Part shown: positions 1 through 9,053 of the stretch, in pieces
Layout: every line of letters starts with the position of its first letter
Position numbering within the stretch: the stretch's first letter is position 1
Assembly: GCA_040289575.1 (NCBI GenBank)
Contig: PSLL01000013.1
Span: forward strand, 5,914-28,531
Direction: 5' to 3'
DNA: 22,618 nt
From: Candidatus Dadabacteria bacterium
GTDB taxonomy: Bacteria > Desulfobacterota_D > UBA1144 > Nemesobacterales > CSP1-2
Position numbers and translations under genes: made by a program
Notes under the pieces: generated by a model
The model's input: only the letters and a program-made list of their open reading frames with translations
Databases searched by the model: none
Told to the model about the DNA's origin: nothing

Positions 1-120
1 AGGCTCAGAAGACAGTTGTAGATTATATTCAAGAAATTAATAGGTGTCATTCCATATAATATTCATTAAGATAACACAAATCCCAAACAGCGCACGCTTT
101 AATCTCGTGTGGTCGAGCAG

Positions 121-636
121 TCAGCCCCGAAGCATGCGGCCTATCTCACGAATAAGTTCATGAAAGAACGGGCGACCCCATAAACCGATAGATAGCAGAG
201 CGCCGAATAGGATAACCGCATCAATACTCTTGCGCCCCTGACGCGTCCACTAGACATCCTCAAGATTGAGCCATAGCACGAACTCATCTAGAGTAAGCGC
301 CGCACCAACCCCCTATAGTAGAGCCGTTAGCCTTGACATCCATCTTGATGAGGAACCCAACCCAGTGCCAAACTGCACCAGCCAGATATATCCAATAAAA
401 AGCAATAACAGAATGCCCCAGACTAGATGGTGTATGTGCACTACGCTGATGGACACGTTAGCAAAGGTAACAAAAAAACCTATAGAAGAAAGAAATAATC
501 GCTCCCGACGTGTGTTATGGAAGTGTTCCCGATAAAGCACATATAATCGCCAGGTTGGAGCTATCAATAACATGACAAAAAGCACAAGGAGAATTAAAAG
601 TATAGAGAACCATGTGACCTTTTGGATGAGTGACAT
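121..636 (-). pseudogene. Integral membrane protein of the HIHHLVWG...LDEF.LW...VYW family, interrupted by two in-frame TAG codons
   Basis: The ORF 313..687 frame continues past TAG (313-315) as GVGAALTLDEFVLWLNLEDV, past a second TAG (250-252) as WTRQGRKSIDAVILFG..., to TGA at 121-123. Likely start is ATG 636. Recalled homologue motifs also suggest an internal deletion between TFA and NVS. Confidence 0.75.
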
Positions 637-685
637 ACCTGCTTTTTGTAGTATCTCCTTGAGGTCCAAACCGAAATTATGAATC

Positions 686-701
686 AAAAAAAAAAAAAAA
701 A
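686..701. repeat. A16 homopolymer
   Basis: 16 consecutive A residues in the intergenic region between divergent genes. Confidence 0.9.
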
Positions 702-822
702 CAACCTAGGAACCAAATTCTACCTGACTAGACATTAGGGCGTCACACAGGTATACAGTATTGGAATAGTTACACAATGCCCGCTTTATGATATTCTATT
801 TATTATTTAAATTTCAACAAAA

Positions 823-1977
823 ATGCTTCCATTCAATGGTGTAAGGATACTAGATCTAACCAGACTCATCCCCGGTGGATACGCCACGTTAATTCTTGCC
901 GACCTAGGGGGAGAGGTTTTAAAAATCGAAGATACAGAATCAGGAGACTATGCGCGCTGGATGGAGCCAGCCGTTGCAGGATACGGCATCTATTTCCATG
1001 CGCTAAATAGAAATAAAAAGAGTATGAAGCTAAACTTAAAGACAGAAGATGGAAAGAGTATATTTAAAAGGCTCGTAGAAAGTGGATACGACGTTATAAT
1101 AGAGAGTTTTAGACCAGGGGTTATGGATAGATTAGGCATCGGATATAAGGTTCTTAGAGAAATAAATCCAAAAGTGATATATTGCACGATAAGCGGCTAC
1201 GGGCAGAACGGTCCTAAAAAAGATAAAGCCCTCCATGACCTAAACTGCATGGCCGTCTCCGGCATCCTCGGTATAACGGGAGAAGATTCTCCCCCGATTC
1301 CTGGTATTGCCGATACGTCGAGTGCCCTTTTTTCCGTAATTGCAATTCTCAGCGCCTACATTGCCCGCCAAAAAAGCGGCCAGGGACAGTTTATAGACGT
1401 CTCTATGGTAGAGGGGATCATGAGCCTTTTTTCATTTCATCTTCTCAAATACCTAGTGGACAGGAAAATGCCAGAGCCAGGAAATACGGATTTTACGGGA
1501 AGGTTTCCATGCTACGGAATCTACGAAACCAAAGATGGCAGATATATATCTCTGGCTGCGCTTGAAGAGAAATTCTGGAGGAATTTCTGCCTCATCTCCG
1601 AAAGAGACGATCTGATTCAAAAACAATATGATGAAAGCAATGAAACTAAAAAAGAGGTTGAATGTATATTTAAATCAAAAACTCAAATAGAGTGGGAAGA
1701 GATTTCAGAAAAGACTGATCTCTGCCTTGAGCCTGTACTTAACTTTAAAGAGGCCACAGAGAATCCGCAGATAAAGAATCGTAATCTCTTTTTTGAGATA
1801 AAATACCAAAATGAAAGAATTCCACAGGTGAGGATGCCATTTCTGATGTCGGAGATGGGAGAGACTCCACAAAATCCGGCTCCTCTATGGGGTGAACATA
1901 CGGAAGAGATTTTAATCTCTCTGGGAATTGATAAAGAGGAGATCAAATTGTTGAAAGATAGGGGAGTGATAAGATGA
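823..1977 (+). CDS. CaiB/BaiF family III CoA-transferase (alpha-methylacyl-CoA racemase-like)
   Basis: Motifs GVRILDLTRLIPG, LADLGGEVLKIE, LNRNKKS, ESFRPGVMDRLG, HDLN, IAD (catalytic Asp position) and C-terminal APLWGEHTEEIL. Confidence 0.93.
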   Translation: MLPFNGVRILDLTRLIPGGYATLILADLGGEVLKIEDTESGDYARWMEPAVAGYGIYFHALNRNKKSMKLNLKTEDGKSIFKRLVESGYDVIIESFRPGVMDRLGIGYKVLREINPKVIYCTISGYGQNGPKKDKALHDLNCMAVSGILGITGEDSPPIPGIADTSSALFSVIAILSAYIARQKSGQGQFIDVSMVEGIMSLFSFHLLKYLVDRKMPEPGNTDFTGRFPCYGIYETKDGRYISLAALEEKFWRNFCLISERDDLIQKQYDESNETKKEVECIFKSKTQIEWEEISEKTDLCLEPVLNFKEATENPQIKNRNLFFEIKYQNERIPQVRMPFLMSEMGETPQNPAPLWGEHTEEILISLGIDKEEIKLLKDRGVIR

Positions 1978-2029
1978 AAAATTCAAGAACCTCGTGATCG
2001 TAGTAACATTTCCTCACGATTAACTCTCC

Positions 2030-2590
2030 CTATTTTGTCTGTTTGCATAGATTTTGCCATTCACTTGCCAGCATTCCGTAAACCACATGATCAACAAAAC
2101 GGTCATAAAGCCATTCTGCCTGACGTATAATTCCCTCTTCTCTAAAACCCAACCTCTCAGGAATTGCCCGACTCCTTTTATTCTCAACGGCACAGCGTAT
2201 CTCTACACGGTTCAACCCGAACGCATTGAACGCGTAATCCACCAAAGTTCGACAAGCCCTAGTCATCAACCCCTTTCCTTGAAAAGAAGCCCCCAACCAA
2301 TAGCCGATGCTTGTCGCCCAATTAGCCCAATCAATCTTATGGTAGCCTATAACCCCCACCAGTCTACCCTTGAACCAAATACCCAAATGAAAGCCATTAT
2401 TATTTGCAAACTGCTCAAGCGAGCCTCTAATGAAATCCCTCGTATCCTCAAGAGACCCATTGGCATCTAACCATGGGAGCCACTCCCGGAGATATCCTCG
2501 ATTCAGATCCATTAGGGCAAATAACTCCTCCGCATGTTGCTCTTTAAGTAAACAAAGCTCTGATTCGTCGTCAATTCTAAAGCGAGTCAT
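2030..2590 (-). CDS. RimJ/RimL-family GNAT N-acetyltransferase
   Basis: Motifs LREWLPW, IGYWLG..FQGKGLMT, LNRVEIRCA..N.RSRAIPERLGF.EEG. ATG at 2590 preferred over the track start at 2644. Confidence 0.9.
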   Translation of the reverse strand: MTRFRIDDESELCLLKEQHAEELFALMDLNRGYLREWLPWLDANGSLEDTRDFIRGSLEQFANNNGFHLGIWFKGRLVGVIGYHKIDWANWATSIGYWLGASFQGKGLMTRACRTLVDYAFNAFGLNRVEIRCAVENKRSRAIPERLGFREEGIIRQAEWLYDRFVDHVVYGMLASEWQNLCKQTK

Positions 2591-2662
2591 GAGGTTTCTA
2601 CCATATTTGAACTTCTCTATTATCCGAGAAAACAATGTAATCAAAATCTTCGACTCAGCCTC

Positions 2663-3118
2663 TTATCTCTTCCAGTCCCTACTTCCCCCAATCATCTGAT
2701 CAATTGATAGATTTCCCGCACCCCAGACAAGAAGAGAAAGCGCAAGTCCGATAAGAGCGAGATTCATCTCAATTCCATGCCCTTTGTTTGGCACATTATA
2801 CCAATTCATAAAAAAGCCATTGGGAAGGTGAACCTTGTATATTGCAACAATCATATCTACCGCAAGTCCAATTGCGGCGATGCGCGTAAGGAATCCAATA
2901 ATCAAAGCGATTCCACCAAAGAATTCGGTTAATATCGCAACCAATGCGAGAAAAGGCGGAATGCCTAGATTCTGTTCAAAGAACTGAATCGAGTTTGATA
3001 TTCCCGGTCCTCCAAACAATCCAAGGAGCTTCTGTGCCCCATGGGCAAAGAATATGATACCTAAGGCAAGACGTGCAAAAATAGGCGCCCAAGATGGATG
3101 GGTTCTAAATAGCCACAT
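2663..3118 (-). CDS. DoxX family membrane protein
   Basis: Motifs RLALGIIFFAHGAQKL, EFFGGIALIIGFLTRIAA, GIEMNL, GAGNLSID; GGAGG SD upstream. Confidence 0.92.
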   Translation of the reverse strand: MWLFRTHPSWAPIFARLALGIIFFAHGAQKLLGLFGGPGISNSIQFFEQNLGIPPFLALVAILTEFFGGIALIIGFLTRIAAIGLAVDMIVAIYKVHLPNGFFMNWYNVPNKGHGIEMNLALIGLALSLLVWGAGNLSIDQMIGGSRDWKR

Positions 3119-3210
3119 GATGATTCCTCCTTTTTACTTTATCCCATATGTATTATTCGATCATAAGTTCTATAGCAGTCATATCTATTCCCCAACAGAT
3201 TCTCCTGTGG

Positions 3211-4569
3211 CTAACATTTCGGTACTGATTTCCGCTGATCAAGCGTCATAATCATGCCATATTTGGGGCGCAATGTAACCAGAGGCTGAAGCTCAACCGG
3301 ATGGCCGGGGACAAGACGCATTTGCCATTTCTGGGCAATGGTTGCAATGATGAGTACCCCTTCCATCCATGCAAATGCCTCACCTATGCACTGTCTGGGG
3401 CCGCCTCCAAATGGAAAATATGAGAACCTGGGTCGTAATGCCCTTAACTCAGGGGTCCATCGCTTTGGATCAAACGTGAGCGGATCGGGGAAGTAGCGCG
3501 GATCACGGTGCATAACATACGGACTCATAAATATAACAGAACCGGCGGGCAGAAGATAATCAGCAACCTTATAATCGCCTATCGCCCTGCGGCCCAATAT
3601 CCATGCCGGAGGATAGAGGCGCATCGCCTCGGCGAAGACCATCTCCGTATACCGCAAACAGAGTACATCGTTGAATGTAGGGAGTCTTCCGACAAGGACA
3701 CTGTCGATTTCGGCTTGGAGTTTACTTTCCACATCCGGGTACTCTGAAAGTAGATACCACACCCATGTAAGCGCGTTTGCCGCCGTCTCGTGTCCGGCAA
3801 GGAGTATTGTCAGCGCTTCGTCACGCAGTTGCGTGTCTGTCATCTGGTCCCCGTCGCTCTCTTCATCTTGGGCATACAGAAGCATCGATAGAAGATCTCC
3901 CTGATCCATACCGCTGGTTCGATGCTCATTAATTATCCTGTATACGGTTTTATCAAGACGTTCACGCACCTTCCAAAGACGGCGATTGCCCGGGAGCGGA
4001 AACCTATCAAAGATTTCGAAAAACGGCAGAACGCGCGTGCGCCACTCATCCATTGCTACAGTGAGTGCCTCGCCAATCTCATTTGATTCCGACTCAACAT
4101 CGGCGTTAAAGAGCGTTTTTCCGGCAATTGACAAAGTCAGGCGCTTCATCTCCTGAGCTATGTCCACCGTCGTACTGTCCTGCCAGCGCTCCCGCATACG
4201 CACTCCATAGTCCGTCATTATAAATGCGTATGCCGCTATGCGCTGGCGGTGAAATGCAGGCTGAATAAGCCGCCTTTGACGATGATGAAATTCGCCCTCA
4301 CTTGTAAGCAAACCCTGGCCTAATAAAAATTTTGTTCGCTCAAGCCCTCGGCTTTTGACGAAATTCCGGCTATTGGTTACCAACACGTCCTTTATATAAT
4401 TAGGATGGTTAAAGAGAAATACATTCTGCGGGCCGACTTTAAAGTGAACAATGTCGCCATAGTCACGCGCGATATCCATCAAAAATCCGATTGGATCACG
4501 ACGGAATGGGAATAGATGACCAAAGAGTGGCTTGCCCTTCGGGCCCGGCGGATAACTGGTAGTTGGCAT
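3211..4569 (-). CDS. Cytochrome P450
   Basis: PPGP N-terminal motif, I-helix AGHET, ExxR (EAMR), heme motif [13 protein letters not shown] at 4569 follows an AAGGAG SD. Confidence 0.96.
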   Translation of the reverse strand: MPTTSYPPGPKGKPLFGHLFPFRRDPIGFLMDIARDYGDIVHFKVGPQNVFLFNHPNYIKDVLVTNSRNFVKSRGLERTKFLLGQGLLTSEGEFHHRQRRLIQPAFHRQRIAAYAFIMTDYGVRMRERWQDSTTVDIAQEMKRLTLSIAGKTLFNADVESESNEIGEALTVAMDEWRTRVLPFFEIFDRFPLPGNRRLWKVRERLDKTVYRIINEHRTSGMDQGDLLSMLLYAQDEESDGDQMTDTQLRDEALTILLAGHETAANALTWVWYLLSEYPDVESKLQAEIDSVLVGRLPTFNDVLCLRYTEMVFAEAMRLYPPAWILGRRAIGDYKVADYLLPAGSVIFMSPYVMHRDPRYFPDPLTFDPKRWTPELRALRPRFSYFPFGGGPRQCIGEAFAWMEGVLIIATIAQKWQMRLVPGHPVELQPLVTLRPKYGMIMTLDQRKSVPKC

Positions 4570-4644
4570 GCAAGACTCCTTTGGATTAAGATAAACCTTT
4601 TTAGACACTAGAGTCAAATATCCAATTACCACCAATGTTGCTAA

Positions 4645-4895
4645 GGCTCTGCTACTGAAGTACTGATTCGCCTCGAACGGGCTCCACCATTATAGGCTTT
4701 ATGAGAACAGAATTCACCTACTTCGATAATATGAGCCGAGCGGATAAGGGGTTGCCCTTCTTTTAGTGCCCGCCGGAAATACCTGGCAACGGGAGTCGGA
4801 AGCTGCTCAGTGTCTTTGAGTGTAACTATTTTCAGATCTCTCTGTGGGATCGCCTGGATAAGCTTCTCAACAAACTCGGAGGTCCTGCCGTTCCA
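4645..4895 (-). pseudogene. Fragment of a DUF6544/DUF6920-like protein
   Basis: A frame absent from the ORF track reads WNGRTSEFVEKL...EQLPTPVARYFRRALKEGQPLIRSAHIIEVGEF, then after a frameshift PFEANQYFS. No start codon and no C-terminal half. Family call is from recalled motifs. Confidence 0.6.
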
Positions 4896-5110
4896 ACATT
4901 TAATTTCTCTTTTTTTAATCTCTTATCCAATTCTTCAAAATCGTAGTCTATGAGCCAGCAGTAGAATGTATCCCCACCTTCTCCAGCCGAACTAAAAGAC
5001 AAAACCTTCTCTGAGCACATGCTAATTAATCTAAGTGTCTCATATACATCTACTGTTCTATCTTGTGAAATGGTAACAGGGTCGGGGCTCATAACATCAT
5101 GAAATCTCTT
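4832..5110 (-). pseudogene. CBS-domain-like remnant / mosaic ORF
   Basis: RFHDVMSPDPVTISQDRTV..ETLRLI resembles a CBS domain start (V.DVMT..PVTV...T.V.EA..LM). The rest diverges and overlaps the neighbouring fragment. Confidence 0.4.
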
Positions 5111-5161
5111 CTATTTTGTATTTATTGAGCTCAAAAGAGGTATCATATGTCTTAAATTCTG

Positions 5162-5203
5162 ACAGATTATGCCTCTTTAATAACAGATTATGCCTCTTTA
5201 ATA
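5162..5203. repeat. Perfect 21-bp tandem duplication (ACAGATTATGCCTCTTTAATA x2)
   Basis: Units at 5162-5182 and 5183-5203. The second unit pairs with AAAGAGG (5204-5210) to form a CCTCTTT-AATA-AAAGAGG hairpin. Confidence 0.92.
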
Positions 5204-5261
5204 AAAGAGGTTCGTCTGTGCAATTCTTATACTTTATAATAAATTGTATGCACCAAAATTA

Positions 5262-5277
5262 TTGGCATAAAGCTTGC
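5262..5277 (+). promoter_or_regulatory. Sigma-54 (-24/-12) promoter
   Basis: TTGGCATAAAGCTTGC has exact GG-N10-GC spacing and lies 34 bp upstream of the 5311 ORF. Confidence 0.7.
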
Positions 5278-5310
5278 CTTAAGACTCAATAAAAAAGTAG
5301 CATTTACACG

Positions 5311-6942
5311 ATGACTCCTTATAGAACCAGTAAAAGACAGATGAGAAAGAAAGTAGAAAAAGGGCACTCCGACATAATAGAATTTCTTTTAAACCCCTCC
5401 TCTTATCCGCGTAAGCCGAGGTATGTAAAGCACATACAGACCCATGCGTCCCACGTCTTTATAGTTCCTCCTTACGTCTATAAAATAAAGAAGCCGGTGA
5501 ATTTCGGTTTTTTGGATTTTTCAACCCTCGATAAGAGAAGGTATTACTGTGAAAAGGAAGTAGAACTGAACAGCAGGCTTTGCGACGCATACTTAGGGGT
5601 TGAAGAAATTTCCATCAGAAATGGCAATTTTATCTTTGGAAAAGGCGATAAGACCATTGAATATGCCGTAAAGATGAGAAAGCTGCCCGATAGGTATTTT
5701 CTCAAGGATCTCCTATCAAGGGGCAGAGTTACCAAATGTGATTTAATTAGGATTATAGAAAAGCTGGTTGAGTTCTATAAGGGACAGGTAGTGAAGGAAG
5801 AGATAAGTGAATACGGAAGACCCGAAGGGATTAGGATAAACATTGATGAGAATTTTTCACTTTCAGAGCGCTTTATTGGGAAGACAATTTCAAAAGCCGC
5901 ATATTATGCAATTGAGTTTTATAACGATACATTTCTTAGAAAGAAATCCAGTCTCTTTGAAGAGAGAATTAAAAAAGGTTTAATTAAAGACTGCCACGGC
6001 GATCTTCATATTGAGCACATAAATCTAAAACCTCAAGACGTTTGCATCTACGACTGCATAGAGTTTAATGAGAGGTTTAGATACATTGATATTGCTTCGG
6101 ATATAGGCTTTTTAGCAATGGACTTGGATTTTAACAGCCACAGCGATTTTGCAAATTTTATTGTGTCCGAAATATCGAAAAGAATGGGAGATGGGACGAT
6201 TTTTGATATAGTTGACTTTTACAAATGCTATAGGGCCTATGTAAGGGGTAAGGTAGAGAGTATAAGAAGCGAAGAGGCAGAGATTCCCGACGAGCAGAAG
6301 CAATCCTCTGAAGAAAGAGCAAAGAGGTATTTTAAGCTTGCTCTAAGATACGCGCTTTTTGGCTCGAAGCCCGCGCTTATTGTGGTTTTTGGCCTTATAG
6401 GAACAGGAAAAAGCACTCTTGCCCATGCGCTTTCTGATGAGCTTTCTTGTAGGGCTATATCTTCTGATGGGGTGAGGAAAGAAATCATGGGCTTAAGACC
6501 GACTGAAAGGAGATATGAAGAGTATGATAAAGGGATTTACTCAAGAGATATTACTGAGATAATATATCGTGAGGTTTTAAATAGGGGAAGGAGGGCTGTA
6601 GAGGAGGGAAAAATAGTAATTCTCGATGCCAGTTTTTCAAAGAGAGAGTTTAGGGAATTGGTTCTTCATGAGGCTGAGGCTTTAGGAATACCTTTCTACT
6701 TTATTGAAACGAAGGCCAGCGAAGAACATATAAAGAGAAGGCTCGTTGAAAGGGAGAAATGGGGAAAATCCGTCTCCGATGGGAGGTGGGAGATATTCAA
6801 GAGATTTAGAGACGAGTTTGAGGAACCAAGCGAGCTCCCAAAAGACAAACACCTAGTTGTAACTACGGATGAAACTCTAGAGGAGACTCTAACCCAAGCC
6901 TTGAGCGGAGTAATAGAAGGAGAAAATAAATGCGTATCCTAA
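5311..6942 (+). CDS. Bifunctional aminoglycoside-phosphotransferase-like / AAA_33 P-loop kinase (COG2187+COG0645)
   Basis: Motifs QTHASHVF, YKIKKPVNFGFLDFSTL, CHGDLH, DCIEFNERFRYID, YRAYVRGKV; C-terminal Walker A GLIGTGKST, ILDASF, SDG. Start may be ATG 5341. Confidence 0.9.
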   Translation: MTPYRTSKRQMRKKVEKGHSDIIEFLLNPSSYPRKPRYVKHIQTHASHVFIVPPYVYKIKKPVNFGFLDFSTLDKRRYYCEKEVELNSRLCDAYLGVEEISIRNGNFIFGKGDKTIEYAVKMRKLPDRYFLKDLLSRGRVTKCDLIRIIEKLVEFYKGQVVKEEISEYGRPEGIRINIDENFSLSERFIGKTISKAAYYAIEFYNDTFLRKKSSLFEERIKKGLIKDCHGDLHIEHINLKPQDVCIYDCIEFNERFRYIDIASDIGFLAMDLDFNSHSDFANFIVSEISKRMGDGTIFDIVDFYKCYRAYVRGKVESIRSEEAEIPDEQKQSSEERAKRYFKLALRYALFGSKPALIVVFGLIGTGKSTLAHALSDELSCRAISSDGVRKEIMGLRPTERRYEEYDKGIYSRDITEIIYREVLNRGRRAVEEGKIVILDASFSKREFRELVLHEAEALGIPFYFIETKASEEHIKRRLVEREKWGKSVSDGRWEIFKRFRDEFEEPSELPKDKHLVVTTDETLEETLTQALSGVIEGENKCVS

Positions 6943-7340
6943 TAACAGCCTTAATATTATTCAACCTTCTTTGTACCGCGGGAAAAGCCGAAGGGGTATC
7001 AGCCAACAATCCTACCATCTCACATCCAGAGCAATATATTAAGATCTTCGATTGGTCTGTTTACGGAACGTGGAGTGCAGTGGGCATTATTCATCATGTT
7101 ACAATTGAGAATACAAGTGATATAGCACATAAAAACATCAGAGTAAGGGTATATTATACCTCTACATCAACTGCCCAGGAGGCAATTATAATAAGCCAGG
7201 AGACCGGGATTTTGCCCATTATCTTACCTCCTCACAGTAAGAACACATATCTGAAAGGGGGTACGACATTGGGTGCCGGCTCTCAGTTTATGAAACCAAC
7301 TCGAATAGAGGTTATAGGGGCTACTCCTGTTACGGGATAA
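6930..7340 (+). CDS. Hypothetical exported beta-rich protein
   Basis: Hydrophobic N-terminal signal-like segment, GAAGGAG SD, overlaps the stop of the upstream gene. Confidence 0.7.
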   Translation: MRILITALILFNLLCTAGKAEGVSANNPTISHPEQYIKIFDWSVYGTWSAVGIIHHVTIENTSDIAHKNIRVRVYYTSTSTAQEAIIISQETGILPIILPPHSKNTYLKGGTTLGAGSQFMKPTRIEVIGATPVTG

Positions 7341-7397
7341 CTCTGAATTGGCTTTGCGGCCATCCTTATCATTTGATAGGATAAGTCCTCATACATA

Positions 7398-7655
7398 TTA
7401 TTTCCCCTGGCTCTTACTAACCAAATCAAGAAATTCCTTGTTTGCTGCCGTTTGGCATTGAATCTGAAAATTTATATTCTGATTTTTATACTTTTGTTGG
7501 CATTGTTGATAGATACAAGCCGCCACCTGGTTCCCGCCTTCCTTATGATAAGACTTATAACATTTATGCCCAATTGATTTATCGGATCGAGCTATGGCTT
7601 GAATTGAAAAAGGAACGGCAAAAGCCACGATAACGAGAAACAAAAGTTTCCTCAT
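7398..7655 (-). CDS. Small secreted protein with four cysteines
   Basis: Signal peptide MRKLLFLVIVAFAVPFSIQAIA (AxA), mature part with 4 Cys; GGAGG-like sequence upstream; alternative start at 7670. Confidence 0.65.
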   Translation of the reverse strand: MRKLLFLVIVAFAVPFSIQAIARSDKSIGHKCYKSYHKEGGNQVAACIYQQCQQKYKNQNINFQIQCQTAANKEFLDLVSKSQGK

Positions 7656-7681
7656 CCTTTCACCCTCCATACGATTACTTA

Positions 7682-7720
7682 ATATCGGCTGATAATTCTA
7701 TCTCAATTATATGCCGATAT
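7682..7720. terminator. Imperfect inverted repeat downstream of nosY (possible terminator or binding site)
   Basis: ATATCGGC(7682-7689)/GCCGATAT(7713-7720) plus ATAATT/AATTAT inner arms; no strong U-tract. Confidence 0.45.
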
Positions 7721-7765
7721 GTGTTGATTTGTCCAGATTCATTTAGGTATGTGTACTGACATGGG

Positions 7766-8575
7766 CTAAATATCCTTTCTCTCAAAAATATAGATAGCCA
7801 CAATAAGCGGAATCAAAAGCCAGATAAGAAGAGCAAATAAGGAAAGGATAATACCGGCCGGGGTTCCGAATGTCTTGTTAAGCACAGCCCCCGCGGGTCC
7901 CACAAGAGCCGCATTTCCAATTGATGTGATAAGAACGGTTCTCACAAGATCGGCGGGGTTTAAAAACAGAAGAGCAACAATTACTCTTCCTAGGACTAGG
8001 GTTAAACCTACAAGGATAAAATCGTAGATGATCACAAACCAAAACCAAAGTATAAAACTGATTCCAATAGACCTTGCTTTTTCTCCCAAAATTATTGAAG
8101 TAAGGGAAGCGATTGAGAGAAAGACAAGAGAGAGCAGAACTGAAAGGAGAATTAGGAATAAAAAGTGCGAGATCTCACCATATCCTATATTGAGAATAAG
8201 AATCACCCCGGCAAAGCCGAAACCGAGGAGAATGGTTGCTGTGATGACTGTTCCGAGACCGATGTATTTTCCCAGAATCGCCTCTTTTCGGCTTATGGGC
8301 TGGATTAGAAGCAATTCCCAGGATTCTTTAGCCCCCGTAAAGCTATTTGCCCCCATTATAAGCGCCATAAGGGGGACGATAATCAGAACGAGATTCAGCA
8401 GGCTTATGGCAGGCTTGAGGAAAGTATTATCTTTGCCACTTACTATTCCAGAATATGAAACGGTTGAATCCAGAATAATAAAAAGAACGGCAAAAAAGAA
8501 AAACCATCTGTTTCTTATAGCGTCTAAGAACTCTCTCTTAGCAATTAAGTAAATTGGGCTTATATCAGCGCTCAT
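7766..8575 (-). CDS. nosY: ABC transporter permease NosY
   Basis: IAKREFLDAIRNRW, WELLLIQPISR..GKYIG, LNPADLVR, multiple TM helices; last gene of the nos cluster. ATG 8575 overlaps the nosL end. Confidence 0.88.
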   Translation of the reverse strand: MSADISPIYLIAKREFLDAIRNRWFFFFAVLFIILDSTVSYSGIVSGKDNTFLKPAISLLNLVLIIVPLMALIMGANSFTGAKESWELLLIQPISRKEAILGKYIGLGTVITATILLGFGFAGVILILNIGYGEISHFLFLILLSVLLSLVFLSIASLTSIILGEKARSIGISFILWFWFVIIYDFILVGLTLVLGRVIVALLFLNPADLVRTVLITSIGNAALVGPAGAVLNKTFGTPAGIILSLFALLIWLLIPLIVAIYIFERKDI

Positions 8576-9053
8576 GTCTTGATTTCCAGTCCATATTGAA
8601 TACGGACTCGAATTGCAAAACTCTACCCCTAGTTGTATCTGCAAATCCCTTGGCTTTGATAGGGTCTTTAAAGGCTACAATCCCATATCCCATCGGCGTA
8701 TGAATCTCAGGAGAAATAACAAAACTGGCTTCTTCCGCTTTAATCCAAGCTGTAGTATCGAAGTCCGCTACCCAGAAACCAGCCTTTTCATGGCTCAGGT
8801 TGTTAACTTGGGCATAGGCCAGCATACATCCGATGTCGTCAAACTTGTGGACCTTTCTTTTTTCAACAATCTCTGCCGTGTGGTGAAAATCGCCTATTAT
8901 CATCCGACACCACTCGCACATCTCTATCCCCTTGTTTATGGGAACGGGGGAGTTTTGAGACTGACAGCCGATAATAAACAGTAATAGAGGCAAATATATT
9001 CCTACCCTAAGAATTGGAATTGTCCTCCGTATATTTGATAAAGATCTCTTCAA
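8565..9053 (-). CDS. nosL: Copper chaperone lipoprotein NosL
   Basis: Lipobox IIGC, CEWCRM (CxxCxM), FDDIGCM, TPMGYG. Start codon uncertain (TTG 9053 lies inside nosF). Confidence 0.9.
   Translation of the reverse strand: MKRSLSNIRRTIPILRVGIYLPLLLFIIGCQSQNSPVPINKGIEMCEWCRMIIGDFHHTAEIVEKRKVHKFDDIGCMLAYAQVNNLSHEKAGFWVADFDTTAWIKAEEASFVISPEIHTPMGYGIVAFKDPIKAKGFADTTRGRVLQFESVFNMDWKSRHER

Noticed and set aside
1992..2019. Short inverted repeat TCGTGA/TCACGA between the convergent CoA-transferase and GNAT genes
   Set aside because: The stem is too short and the loop too long to call a terminator.
823..4569. CoA-transferase, GNAT, DoxX and P450 as a biosynthetic gene cluster
   Set aside because: No scaffold-forming enzyme or precursor peptide seen, orientation is mixed, and base composition differs between the genes.
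5162..5203. Possible CRISPR repeat
   Set aside because: Only two directly adjacent copies, with no spacer and no cas genes.
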